The notes beneath the pieces were generated by a model. The model was not told where the DNA came from. It did not search any database and saw only the letters and a program-made list of their open reading frames with translations. The position numbers were made by a program, and so were the translations under genes. This document shows, in pieces, positions 10,144 through 19,918 of a DNA stretch of 34,491 nucleotides; position 1 is the first letter of the stretch; each line of letters starts with the position of its first letter. Origin of the DNA: Ascoidea asiatica JCM 7603 (taxonomy: Eukaryota > Fungi > Ascomycota); assembly GCA_001600695.1 (NCBI GenBank), contig BCKQ01000003.1:257268-291758 (forward strand). Direction: 5' to 3'.

Positions 10144-12341
10144 TTTTAATTGATTTGATTTTGATTTTGAATTTGAATTTGATTTTGAATTTGATTGTAA
10201 ATTTGACTTTGTTTAACTTGTATCGAATTTGAACATTTAAAGTTAACAGGGAAATTAAAAATGGAAATTGAAAATGGAAATTGAAAATGGAAATGGAAAT
10301 TGAAAACTGTAGGATACGTTAATTAATAAACTATTTTTTTTATAATAATAATAACTGTAACATTTATTTATTTCTATTTAATGATTTCTTTCTTCTACTT
10401 TTTTTTTTTTTTTTTTTCTTTTGGGACTTATTAATTTGATGAGTTGATTTTATAAATGAAAAGTGCACCGTAATTGAATATTATAGAAATTAATAATAAT
10501 AATCCTTTAAATGATTTGATTTGAAATAATTTAATTTGAACAGAATCAATTTAATCACATTGAAAACAATTAAAAATATCAGTTAATAAAGAATATTGAA
10601 AAATAATTTGAATTGAAACTATTGAAACTATTGAATTTAATTGATATTTCGTAAATTAATAAGGAATTAAAACAATTTTCTTTCATTTCTCATACATTTT
10701 TCGCTTGAAATAACAACGAAGAGAATAGAAATAGACAGAAATAGACCTTTTTACAAAGGCTAGAATTAAAAAGAGATGCTCTTGGCTCCCGTTTCCACGG
10801 GTGATGTCCCAGTGATAGCCTATAAATAAACAAAGCAATCAGTTCAGGAAATGCGGAGCTGAAAGACGCCTTTGGATTAGCTACAAGCAGGGCCTTAAAC
10901 AAGTTTTGCTGTGGTCGTGTAGTTCGGCTTAGGCCAACTCCGGCAAAGAGGTACTCAAACAGCCTCCCACTTGTACAGGGAAGCAGATCCAGTTTGAGAA
11001 CGCGAAGAAGTAAAAATAGTCAAAAATAAACAAAATTTTGGAAATGAAATGAAATAGTATCAAATCAGGTGACTAGCAGGAGTGTATCCACATAAATGGT
11101 CTCAAGTTTAATTAGAAAAATAGAGACCGATTTCATGGGACTAAAAATTACCAGTCCAGTGGATCTGACCAAGGCTGCGGATTAACCATAACCACGGGTG
11201 TAGCCCATCATAATGGTTGGGTCCAGCTACATGGGTATAGCCCACAAAAATGGTTCAACCCACCTCTGTGGATCTTTGTTTATTTTTTCAAATGTAAATG
11301 TTTTTTGTTTTGTTTGTGTTGTGTTTTCGAGCGGTCGCCGACGGTGGCCAGTGCTGTGGGTCTGCCTGCGCTTGTTGACATTCTGCTCTTTTTCTGCGCT
11401 GCGAAAGCTCGCGTTTCTTTGTTCTGGAAGTCGAGATCCGAATCCCACGCATTTAAATCACAGATCTCTGCAAGACTTCGATGCGAATTCGATGAGAATT
11501 CCGACGGATACAGTCAAAAGCAGCCCGAAGCACTGTCTAAATTACAAGTTTGTGTCCCCTTAGTAATAGTATATTAAAGCTATTAGTAATTTGTTATTAC
11601 TATTACTGTCATCACTTTAGTTCCCCGTAAGAATATAACAATATCACACAAGAATATATATAGCTGGCTGCTTATGAACTGAAATTGGTTTGTTCTCGGT
11701 GACTTTCCACTGTTCAAATGCAGAATAATTGTAATCAAAACACTCAGAAAAATCAAATAAAAGATAAAAAGCATGAAATGATTTTTAAGAAAGAAGTGAA
11801 AACAACTAAAATCAAAATGAATTAGATTTTAGATACTCCCAAATTCCTTATCAGAAGTCCTTTAAAATACTTTAACCAGCTGCTATTGTAAAGATATTTT
11901 ATAACGATCTTTAAAATTAAGCATCAAATAACATTTAAATAACATTTTAATAACATTTTAATAACATTTTAATAACCTTTTTCTTAATTCATATTGAGGT
12001 TATTGTAACCCTTTCGATTATGATCCAATATTTATAACAATCTGATAGGTTATGAATTATTGATAATATATTAATTTGTAATATTGCAGATTTTATGTTA
12101 AAGTTATAAAGCTCATTGAATTGATCTGGTTAAATAGATATATGAAATTTGGATCAAGCAACTTTTATTTTCATATAAAGGATATGTTTTATCCTTTTCT
12201 TTCTTCATAATTTTATAATAATCTCAAAAGTATTTCTATATTATACAAATCTTCATTTCAAATCTTCATTTCAAAATTTTCATATTAATTTATTCTATCA
12301 TAAAATTCATATCTCACATAATATAAATAATAATTTTAATA

Positions 12342-13277
12342 ATGGAAATTGTTAAATATAGTAAAGAATCTTTACAAATACTTTCATATGTAATTGGTTA
12401 TGGATATACTTTATCATGGGGAATAGCATATTCAACTCCATTTATAAATAATTTAATATTAAAATCTGTTAGAGGTTTATCTTTAACTTTTACTTTATTT
12501 AATTTCTTTGGTTATATTGCATATTCATTTTCAATATCTTTATATTTATTTAATAATGAAATTAAAAATGAATATCTTTATTATTATAAATTTTTACCAT
12601 TATTTAGAATTAATGATTTATTATTTGCATCTTTTGGTTTATTTTTTTATTCATTAACTTTATCTCAATTTTTTAATAAAAATTATTCAAAAAATCAAAA
12701 TCAATTTAAAATTTCAATTTTTTCTTATTTATTAATTTTATTACCCTTAATATATTTATTAGCAAAATTTTTAAATATTATTATTTTAAAAAATTTTATT
12801 AAAGAAATTAAATGGTTAAATTTAGTTGAAAAAATTTCATTATATAAAATTTTTTTATCAACTTTAAAACAATTTCCACAATTATATCATAATTTTCAAA
12901 GAAAATCAACTCATGGTTTTCCAATATTAATGGTTATTTTAGATTTCTTAGGTTCTTTCTTATCATTATCACAATTATTTTTAGATTCATATATTGCAAT
13001 AAATTTTCCTTCAAATAATGATAATCAAATTTATAAAAATTTTATAATTTATGGAATTATTGGTAATACTCCTAAATTTTTATTAGCAACACAATCTTTA
13101 TTCTTTAATTCAATTTATTTTGTTCAACATTTTATACTTTATGAACAAATTGATGATCATTATGATATTGTTCAACAAATTTGTATTACTTCAACTGATG
13201 ATAATATTAATAAAGATTTAAATAAAGATTCAAATGAAGTTACTATTGATGAAAGAACTAGACTTTTATCAGTTTAA
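12342..13277 (+). CDS. ERS1: Cystinosin/Ers1-like PQ-loop vacuolar transporter
   Basis: 311 aa, multiple TM helices. KSVRGLSLTFTLFNFFGY and QFPQLYHNFQRKSTHGF...LDFLGSFLSLSQL are cystinosin-like. C-terminal acidic dileucine ERTRLL. Confidence 0.8.
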   Translation: MEIVKYSKESLQILSYVIGYGYTLSWGIAYSTPFINNLILKSVRGLSLTFTLFNFFGYIAYSFSISLYLFNNEIKNEYLYYYKFLPLFRINDLLFASFGLFFYSLTLSQFFNKNYSKNQNQFKISIFSYLLILLPLIYLLAKFLNIIILKNFIKEIKWLNLVEKISLYKIFLSTLKQFPQLYHNFQRKSTHGFPILMVILDFLGSFLSLSQLFLDSYIAINFPSNNDNQIYKNFIIYGIIGNTPKFLLATQSLFFNSIYFVQHFILYEQIDDHYDIVQQICITSTDDNINKDLNKDSNEVTIDERTRLLSV

Positions 13278-13705
13278 AATTAATATAATAAACTTTATAT
13301 ATACATTTAACAACTTTTTACTTATTATAGACTTATTTTTAATAGAAATTAAATAATTTTTAACTTTCTTTTATCATTATAACTTTTTTCTTTTTTTTTT
13401 TATTATTTTTTTTTTTTTTTTTTATCGGTCTTTTTTTCCTCTTCCTCTTTTTTATACCTATATACTGTATAAATTGATAATTTATTATTTTGACCGCATA
13501 ATTATTAGTTTTAATTAAAAAAGCTTCCCAGATATCATCTATTTAATATTTCATAAACATATCTTTTTTTTTTCTTCATATAAATTCTTTTTCATATCTT
13601 AAATCTTATATAATTTAAATATATAATTATTTCCCTAATAAAAAAAATATTACCAATTCCAGAAATTTCACCATTTCCATTAATTCAAAGAATTAAACAT
13701 TTAAA

Positions 13706-13778
13706 TGGACGAAACCGGGATCGAACCGGTGACCTCCTGCTTGCAAGGCAGGCGCGCTACCAACTGCGCTATACGCCC
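13706..13778 (-). tRNA. tRNA-Ala, anticodon TGC, intronless
   Basis: Reverse complement is GGGCGTATAGCGCAGTTGGTAGCGCGCCTGCCTTGCAAGCAGGAGGTCACCGGTTCGATCCCGGTTTCGTCCA (73 nt). It has the G3:U70 Ala determinant, anticodon arm CCTGC-CTTGCAA-GCAGG and T arm ACCGG-TTCGATC-CCGGT. Confidence 0.97.
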
Positions 13779-14439
13779 ATTTTGTTGAGTGTTTGGAGCC
13801 TTTTTCGTTTAAGACATCAATAGCCACTTTCTTTAACTAACCGCAATAATAATAATAATAATAATAATATTTAACCGCGAAATTTTCCTAATTTGTAAAT
13901 AACATTTATCTCTCATCAACCACAAATTATTTTAGTAATAATTATCACATTTTATGAATATAAATATAAAAGTATAAACATTTTGGGGCTAAATGATAAA
14001 TAAAATGAGTCTAAATGTACTAACTTCCATGAATATATATATTGATATAATAGTTATGTAATATTACAGAAAAAGTTTTGGCCTCAATTAAATTCAAATA
14101 TAATAAGTTGGATGTTATAATTGTTTAACCAGTATTTGTGGTTTAAAAAATTAGTTAATCAATTGATTAATTTTATTTATTGAATACTGATATCACTTTC
14201 AATTCAATTTAATTCAATTTAATTACATTTTCAATTTCAATTTCAATTTCAATTTCAATTTCAATTTCAATATGATTCATTTTACTTTAGAAAAATATGA
14301 TATAAAAGGAGAATGTAATATTTTTTTTTTTGATAGATACTTTTTTTTTCCCCTTTAATTTAAATACATTATCATAATAACCATATAACCATATAACCAT
14401 ATAATCATACAACAATAATATAATAGTTTGCTAATAAAA

Positions 14440-14940
14440 ATGACTTATGAAGTTCAATATCCCGGATCATATCCAAGAAGTTATCCAAGAGTATATCCAA
14501 AATCATATATTAAATCATATCCAAGATCATATCCTGAATTACAAACCAGAAGAAATTCAAATTTAAGAATAGAAAATAAGAATATAAAATTTGAAAGAAA
14601 AGAAGTTCAAAGAAATATTAAAGTTGCTTTAAATAATTTTGATAATAATTTTAATTATAAATTTAATTATTATTTATTTTCAATTGAAGAAATTTCAAAT
14701 TGGTATAAATTTAAAAAAGAGATTTTAAAATTATATATTAAAAAAAATAAATTAATTAAAAAAAATTTTAAAAATTTATTAAATTTAAATATTGAATTAT
14801 ATATTATTGAATATGATGCAATTTTATTACCATCACAATGGGAAAATTTAGTTGGACCTGGTTTGACAGTTTTAGTTAATATTTTACCATCATCATTAAA
14901 TAAAAAAAAATCAAGTTTTAAAGGATTTTTTCCAGATTAA
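14440..14940 (+). CDS. Uncharacterised protein with SYPR-type repeats and a possible fungal ubiquitin-like domain
   Basis: First ATG at 14440 (AAAA-ATG), host-like codon usage. N-terminal SYPR/VYPK/SYIK/SYPE repeats and C-terminal ILLPSQWENLVGPGLTVLVNI. A possible extra 5' exon lies at 14272-14314 (see findings). Confidence 0.6.
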   Translation: MTYEVQYPGSYPRSYPRVYPKSYIKSYPRSYPELQTRRNSNLRIENKNIKFERKEVQRNIKVALNNFDNNFNYKFNYYLFSIEEISNWYKFKKEILKLYIKKNKLIKKNFKNLLNLNIELYIIEYDAILLPSQWENLVGPGLTVLVNILPSSLNKKKSSFKGFFPD

Positions 14941-14963
14941 ATTTTTTGTTTAAGTAGTAGTTT

Positions 14964-14999
<36 letters not shown>

Positions 15000-15012
15000 T
15001 TTTTTTTTTTTT
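14964..15012. repeat. (TTG)n microsatellite followed by poly-T
   Basis: About 11 TTG units then a T tract, read directly. Confidence 0.9.
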
Positions 15013-15366
15013 ATCATAATTTAATTAAATAAGTAGTTGACCTAAATAAAAGATAAATCCGTTATCGGATTATAATTTGTTATCTTATCAAGATTAATAA
15101 TATTCAATATTCAATATTCATTATTCATTATTCTTTATTCATTTTATTATTCAGTATTCATTGTTTATAATTATATTTAAACTGATTAATGAATATTATA
15201 ACGTTATTAATATTATTATATCACAGAAGATAAGTGAGATATACTATATCATGTGATCGGTATGTGTATTGAGACCAGTGTTCAGGTACTTATTTGATAA
15301 GGAAGATCCGGTTGAAATTGCCCTCGGTGGAGCGGTAAGTGGAACTCGATCAACGTGACTTGGAAA

Positions 15367-15400
15367 TGACTCAAAACTGACTCACAAATGAGTAGCCAAT
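15367..15400 (+). promoter_or_regulatory. Tandem Gcn4/AP-1 sites and CCAAT box
   Basis: TGACTCA at 15367 and 15378, TGAGTA at 15389, CCAAT at 15396. Confidence 0.5.
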
Positions 15401-15999
15401 AAGAACCCAGCACGGCCGACTGGAGTGCTTTATCCGCATAAAAGTATTTACTTCCAGTAACTGAGGAAAATCATTCCCGGAGTTTTTTCTTAATAGTTTT
15501 TTAGGCTGTTTATTATTTGATTTCCGATAACGAATTTTAGATTATATTACTGTAGAAGTTTTTATATGATGATTTATTAAGCATGTAATTTATATGTAAT
15601 TTATATGTATTTTATATGTAATTTATATATAATAATGAAGAAAATAAATAAAAATTATTAGATGATTAATTGATTGATACGTTTTAAGACCAGTTAAAAG
15701 AATCAAATGAATTAAAATGCAGATATAGTAGATTAAAGAATTTCATAAAGTAATATGAATTGTAAATAATTTATTTGAACCAATTCATTGTAAAGATTAA
15801 AAACCACTGAGATTAATAATGAAATTTGACTTAATTTAATTTTTAATTTAATATTAGTTAATAATAAGCTATTCATAAGTCATGAAGGGAGAGATTGTAA
15901 TTTGTGAAACCATTTGAAATTATTATAGTTTTTGATCAATTTAATAATAGGTTTTGAAGATTATTGAGTATTTTTGGTATATATATATCATTTAGATAA

Positions 16000-16200
16000 T
16001 TAATTGTAGTTATAATTTAATTTAAATTCTTTTGTTGCATTTGTAGATTGATAACCATGAGGATGAAATTGATTTTTACTTCTTATTGATTCAGAAATTA
16101 TTTGACTACCTTTTGAAATTAATTGTTTTGTTAAAGGTAAATAACATCTTGAAGCTGTTGAAATAATTGGAATATATGTTGTAGAGACTAATCTAACCAT
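16000..16200 (-). CDS. Putative 66-aa basic microprotein
   Basis: AAAA-ATG context and A/T-ending codon usage like the neighbouring genes. A GC-rich island lies 300-600 bp upstream. No recognised homology. Confidence 0.5.
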   Translation of the reverse strand: MVRLVSTTYIPIISTASRCYLPLTKQLISKGSQIISESIRSKNQFHPHGYQSTNATKEFKLNYNYN

Positions 16201-16812
16201 TTTTATATTGTAATTTTGTAATTTGATTGATATGATTTATATGATTTATATGATTTATATTTGTAATATTTGTAATATGATTGAAATATGATTGAAATAT
16301 ATTATAAAAGATATTAAATTAATCATTTTAATATAAAGGATATTTTCAATGATATTTATATTAATGTATTATTTGATATGAATCATTTAATATATTAAAA
16401 TTATTATTATGATTGAATTGAGTAATTAGTAATTGTTTAAAAAATTAAAATTTATTAACAATTATTTCATATTGAAAAAAAACACACCAAAACACCAAAA
16501 CACCAAAATATCATCATCATTGGCCGATAAAAGGTAGTAAGTGAGTAGTAGCATTGTTAATGACGGGCGTATGGACATATGGAATCAAGTGCTGTGTATT
16601 TCGCAGCAGTAGTAACAAGACTTTTACCACCCACGCCGGACCACCTCACTCACCGCACCTTGTTTGGCTGTGTTTGACACCGACGAGGGTGGCCAGCTCG
16701 CGGCCAGTCAGGTGAAGAGCAGAAGCTGATTGCTAGCCAGGTGGCCCTTGGTGCATGCCGAGGCTGCTCCCGGGGGCAGCATGCGCCGAATCTGGGGTAA
16801 AACACAGTACTG

Positions 16813-16851
16813 TAGCATTATAGCATTATAGCATTATAGCATTATAGCATT
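16813..16851. repeat. (TAGCATTA)x~5 minisatellite
   Basis: 8-bp units start at 16813, 16821, 16829, 16837 and 16845 (last one imperfect). Confidence 0.9.
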
Positions 16852-17372
16852 TTAGTAATTTAGTAATTCAAATTCATTGGTGGTTTTTAAAAGTGTTTTT
16901 TCCACTTTATTTTTGAATACATAATTTATTTTCAAATAGTAATAGTAGAATCATATCATATCGTATCATAAATATCATATTAATCTAAATATTTTATATC
17001 CACTTGATTCATTTGAAGAAATTGATTTTTAGTGGCGGAAATTAAATATTTTCATTTTATTACTAATTTAGTTATTTTCAAATAATTGATTAATTATTTC
17101 ATTTTAATAGCATAGGAGAATTTTTATCAAGAGTTTTTCAAATTATTGTAGCTCACGATACTACCAAATAAATGTAATTTTTAATTCTCAGTATATCAAA
17201 CTACATCACAAGCTTGATTCAAAATTGATTCAAAATTGATTCGAAATTCAATCAAAATTCAATCAGAAGCTTTATTGGAATATTTATCGGAAACTTGATT
17301 AGAGGTTAAGCATTGATTGGAAGTTTGTTCTTAATCCTAAGTTATTCAAGTAACCCCCCTTTTATTCAATCC

Positions 17373-17375
17373 AAA

Positions 17376-17413
<38 letters not shown>
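17373..17413. repeat. (AAAT)n microsatellite
   Basis: About 10 AAAT units, read directly. Confidence 0.9.
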
Positions 17414-17416
<3 letters not shown>

Positions 17417-17796
17417 GATTGGTATTTATTAATGAATATAATTGAATTATCCTTTTTCAATTCCAATTTCTGATTTCTCAATCGAATATTCTTAGATGTT
17501 TCTTAACAGAATATCACTTTTTTATTTTATTTTTCTATTCACCTCTCTGTTTTTCACCCCTTTCCATCTCTCCTAAATCACCGGCCCACCCCAGAACCAA
17601 TTCAGAACCAATTCCGAATTAAGTCAGCTGTCAAAGGTGGCCGTGCAACGTGGCGCCTCGACGGTTCGTGCTCGTGACTCAGCTGCGAGCTTCAACACCT
17701 GTTCCAACTTTCCCGCAACTTCTCACTTCGGGTTCTGGTGAAAGCCCAAAAAGCCCCGAAGACCCCATTTTCCTCCATCCACCCAGCCAGTCCACA

Positions 17797-17812
17797 GGCA
17801 CCACGTGGTGCC
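17797..17812. promoter_or_regulatory. 16-bp perfect palindrome centred on an E-box (Pho4/Cbf1-type CACGTG)
   Basis: GGCACCACGTGGTGCC equals its own reverse complement. Confidence 0.55.
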
Positions 17813-18449
17813 GATAAAGACTCAGACAACCGAAATCCGCGCGGTTGAGGCTATGCGACTACAGAGCTCTGGTGCCGGATATGCGTTTCCAACTTACTCA
17901 ATCCAGCGAAATCCGCGTCTCCGTTTGCCCATTCCGCCCCTGTCGATATTCTCCAAATAATCTGGAATCTGAAATTATTTAGCTCTCTTTGACACAATTC
18001 AACTTATTCAAATTTCAGTGCGTTTAAATGAAAATTCTCCATTTTTGTACTGTTTCCACTGCCATGGTACTTTACAAACCGTAAGAACATGTGCAGAAAC
18101 CTGGAGAAATACTGCTTGTGTCGTCCAAATGCAGTAACTCCGTTATCAGACATTTTATTAATCATTTCATTTCACTAATCATTTCACTAATCATTTCACT
18201 AATCATAATTCAACTCTAATTACTAATCTTTTTCTATTTCATTTTCAATTTCAATTTCTATTAACTATTTTCAATTTCATATTTTAAAAAAATGCTTTAA
18301 ATAATCACTTAATTCATCAATAATTTATAACTTTTTCAATTTAATTTCAATTTAATTAAATAATTTTCAATTCATAACTAATAATAAATATATTCATTCT
18401 TACTCACACTTTTCAATATTATTATTATATATATATATATATATATAAA

Positions 18450-18824
18450 ATGTCTCCATTATCTTCTGATGAAAATTTAAATTCTATAAATGATGTTCAA
18501 ATTAATCATATGATATATTCAAATAATGAAGATGAATTAAATCAAGATTCAAATTCAAATTTAAATTCAAATTCAAATTCTTCAAAACCTTTAGAAAGTT
18601 TTCAATTAGAAGGTTCAAGAAGTTCTTCATTTAGTGATCCAATTTCTCCAAATGATGAAATTATAGATTTAAGAATTCAAAATAATGATAATTTAAATTA
18701 TATTTCAAATTATGAAAAAGATTTTTTCTCAAATTCTTTAGATTATTCAAATTTTCAACCTCAAGTTGCAAGTTTTGCTGATGATCTTTCAACTGCAAGT
18801 CCTGTTGATTATTATCAACATTAA
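18450..18824 (+). CDS. Uncharacterised acidic, probably disordered 124-aa protein
   Basis: AAA-ATG-TCT start, host-like codon usage, large GC-rich island upstream. No recognised domain. Confidence 0.65.
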   Translation: MSPLSSDENLNSINDVQINHMIYSNNEDELNQDSNSNLNSNSNSSKPLESFQLEGSRSSSFSDPISPNDEIIDLRIQNNDNLNYISNYEKDFFSNSLDYSNFQPQVASFADDLSTASPVDYYQH

Positions 18825-19918
18825 ATAATACATCCATTATCAATCAATTATCTATTTCTATCTTGATTTCCATTTTTATTTCTCATCCTACTACAATATA
18901 ATATATCATAACATAACATAATATAATTCTTTTCACTTCTATTATCATACTTATTCTACTTATTCTCTCTTGTTTATTTTTTATAGATTACTTTCTCCTT
19001 TCAATATATGACTTACTTACTTACTTATTTAAAATACTTTAAATATAATTAATATAATTTATCTAGTGCATAATTACTTCTTCCGCACTAAATAAATCAA
19101 CGTATTGTCCTACATGACTCGGGCACTCAAAGCCGTGTCCTAAACATGACCCTGAAAATGACTTTGACATAAAGTTTTGCGGGGGTTACTTGAATAACCT
19201 TCACTTAAATACGAATATAATTCTAACTTAATACTTTTTGGGTTGTTATGTTAAGGATATTATTCAGTAATTTTCCTCTGAATTACCTTCATTGTTTAAT
19301 TCAATTCCAATCAATTAGTTGTATTTTGTTTTCAGGTTATCTACCTACAGTATAACCTTCATTTTGAAATATAATAACTATTATAAAATACAAAATAAAA
19401 TTTCCTTTAAAGAGAATATTTATTAATTTAAATAATATTATATCCCACATATTAAACATACATTTACATTCATTTTTCTTTAAAAAAATGAAAAAATGAA
19501 GTTATTCTTTATCCTTGATTATAACTTAGTTTATTTATATTAATGAAATATATTGTTTAAATCTTTTAAAGTATATAAATTCTATCATTAGCTCATATTT
19601 ACTCTATTCTTTTCTTTTGCTTTTCTTTTTCTTTTTCTTTGTCTCTGTTATTTTTTTTTGTATTTCATAGACATTTAGTATACTCAAATTATTCAAATTG
19701 AATCAAATTTTAAGGAACTTATACCCTTTTAGGAAATTATTTCGTTATTTTTCATATACTAAATATTTTTTTTTTTCTGTTTCAAGACATACATTAATAC
19801 ATTAATACATTATTACATTATTAAATAATATCATCTCACATATTTATACATTTTTTTAGGACCCTTTATTTATTTATTTATTTATATTTACTTTTAAACT
19901 TTATTTAGTATATAAAAA

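Larger units (their letters stand above)
17341..19198. repeat. 18-bp exact inverted repeat pair 1.86 kb apart
   Basis: GTTATTCAAGTAACCCCC at 17341-17358 and its reverse complement GGGGGTTACTTGAATAAC at 19181-19198. Confidence 0.9.

Noticed and set aside
11525-11712. Possible RNase P/MRP RNA (minus-strand GGAAAGTCACCG)
   Set aside because: The candidate P4 partner (CAGTGCTT) pairs poorly and is only about 170 nt away; other conserved regions not found.
11213-11774. ORFs in GC islands (also 410, 10690, 24819, 24908, 32172, 32275) and the 4553 ORF
   Set aside because: Codon usage unlike real genes here, often non-ATG starts, no recognisable motifs. Stops are simply rarer in GC-rich DNA.
13706-13778. 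U6:U67 mismatch in the tRNA-Ala acceptor stem as a sign of pseudogene or recoding
   Set aside because: The same mismatch occurs in functional yeast tRNA-Ala(AGC), and anticodon TGC agrees with the G3:U70 identity.
16705-16728. SRP RNA helix-8-like CAGG...AGCAG
   Set aside because: Spacer too short for the GNRA hairpin, and no fungal Alu-domain start nearby.
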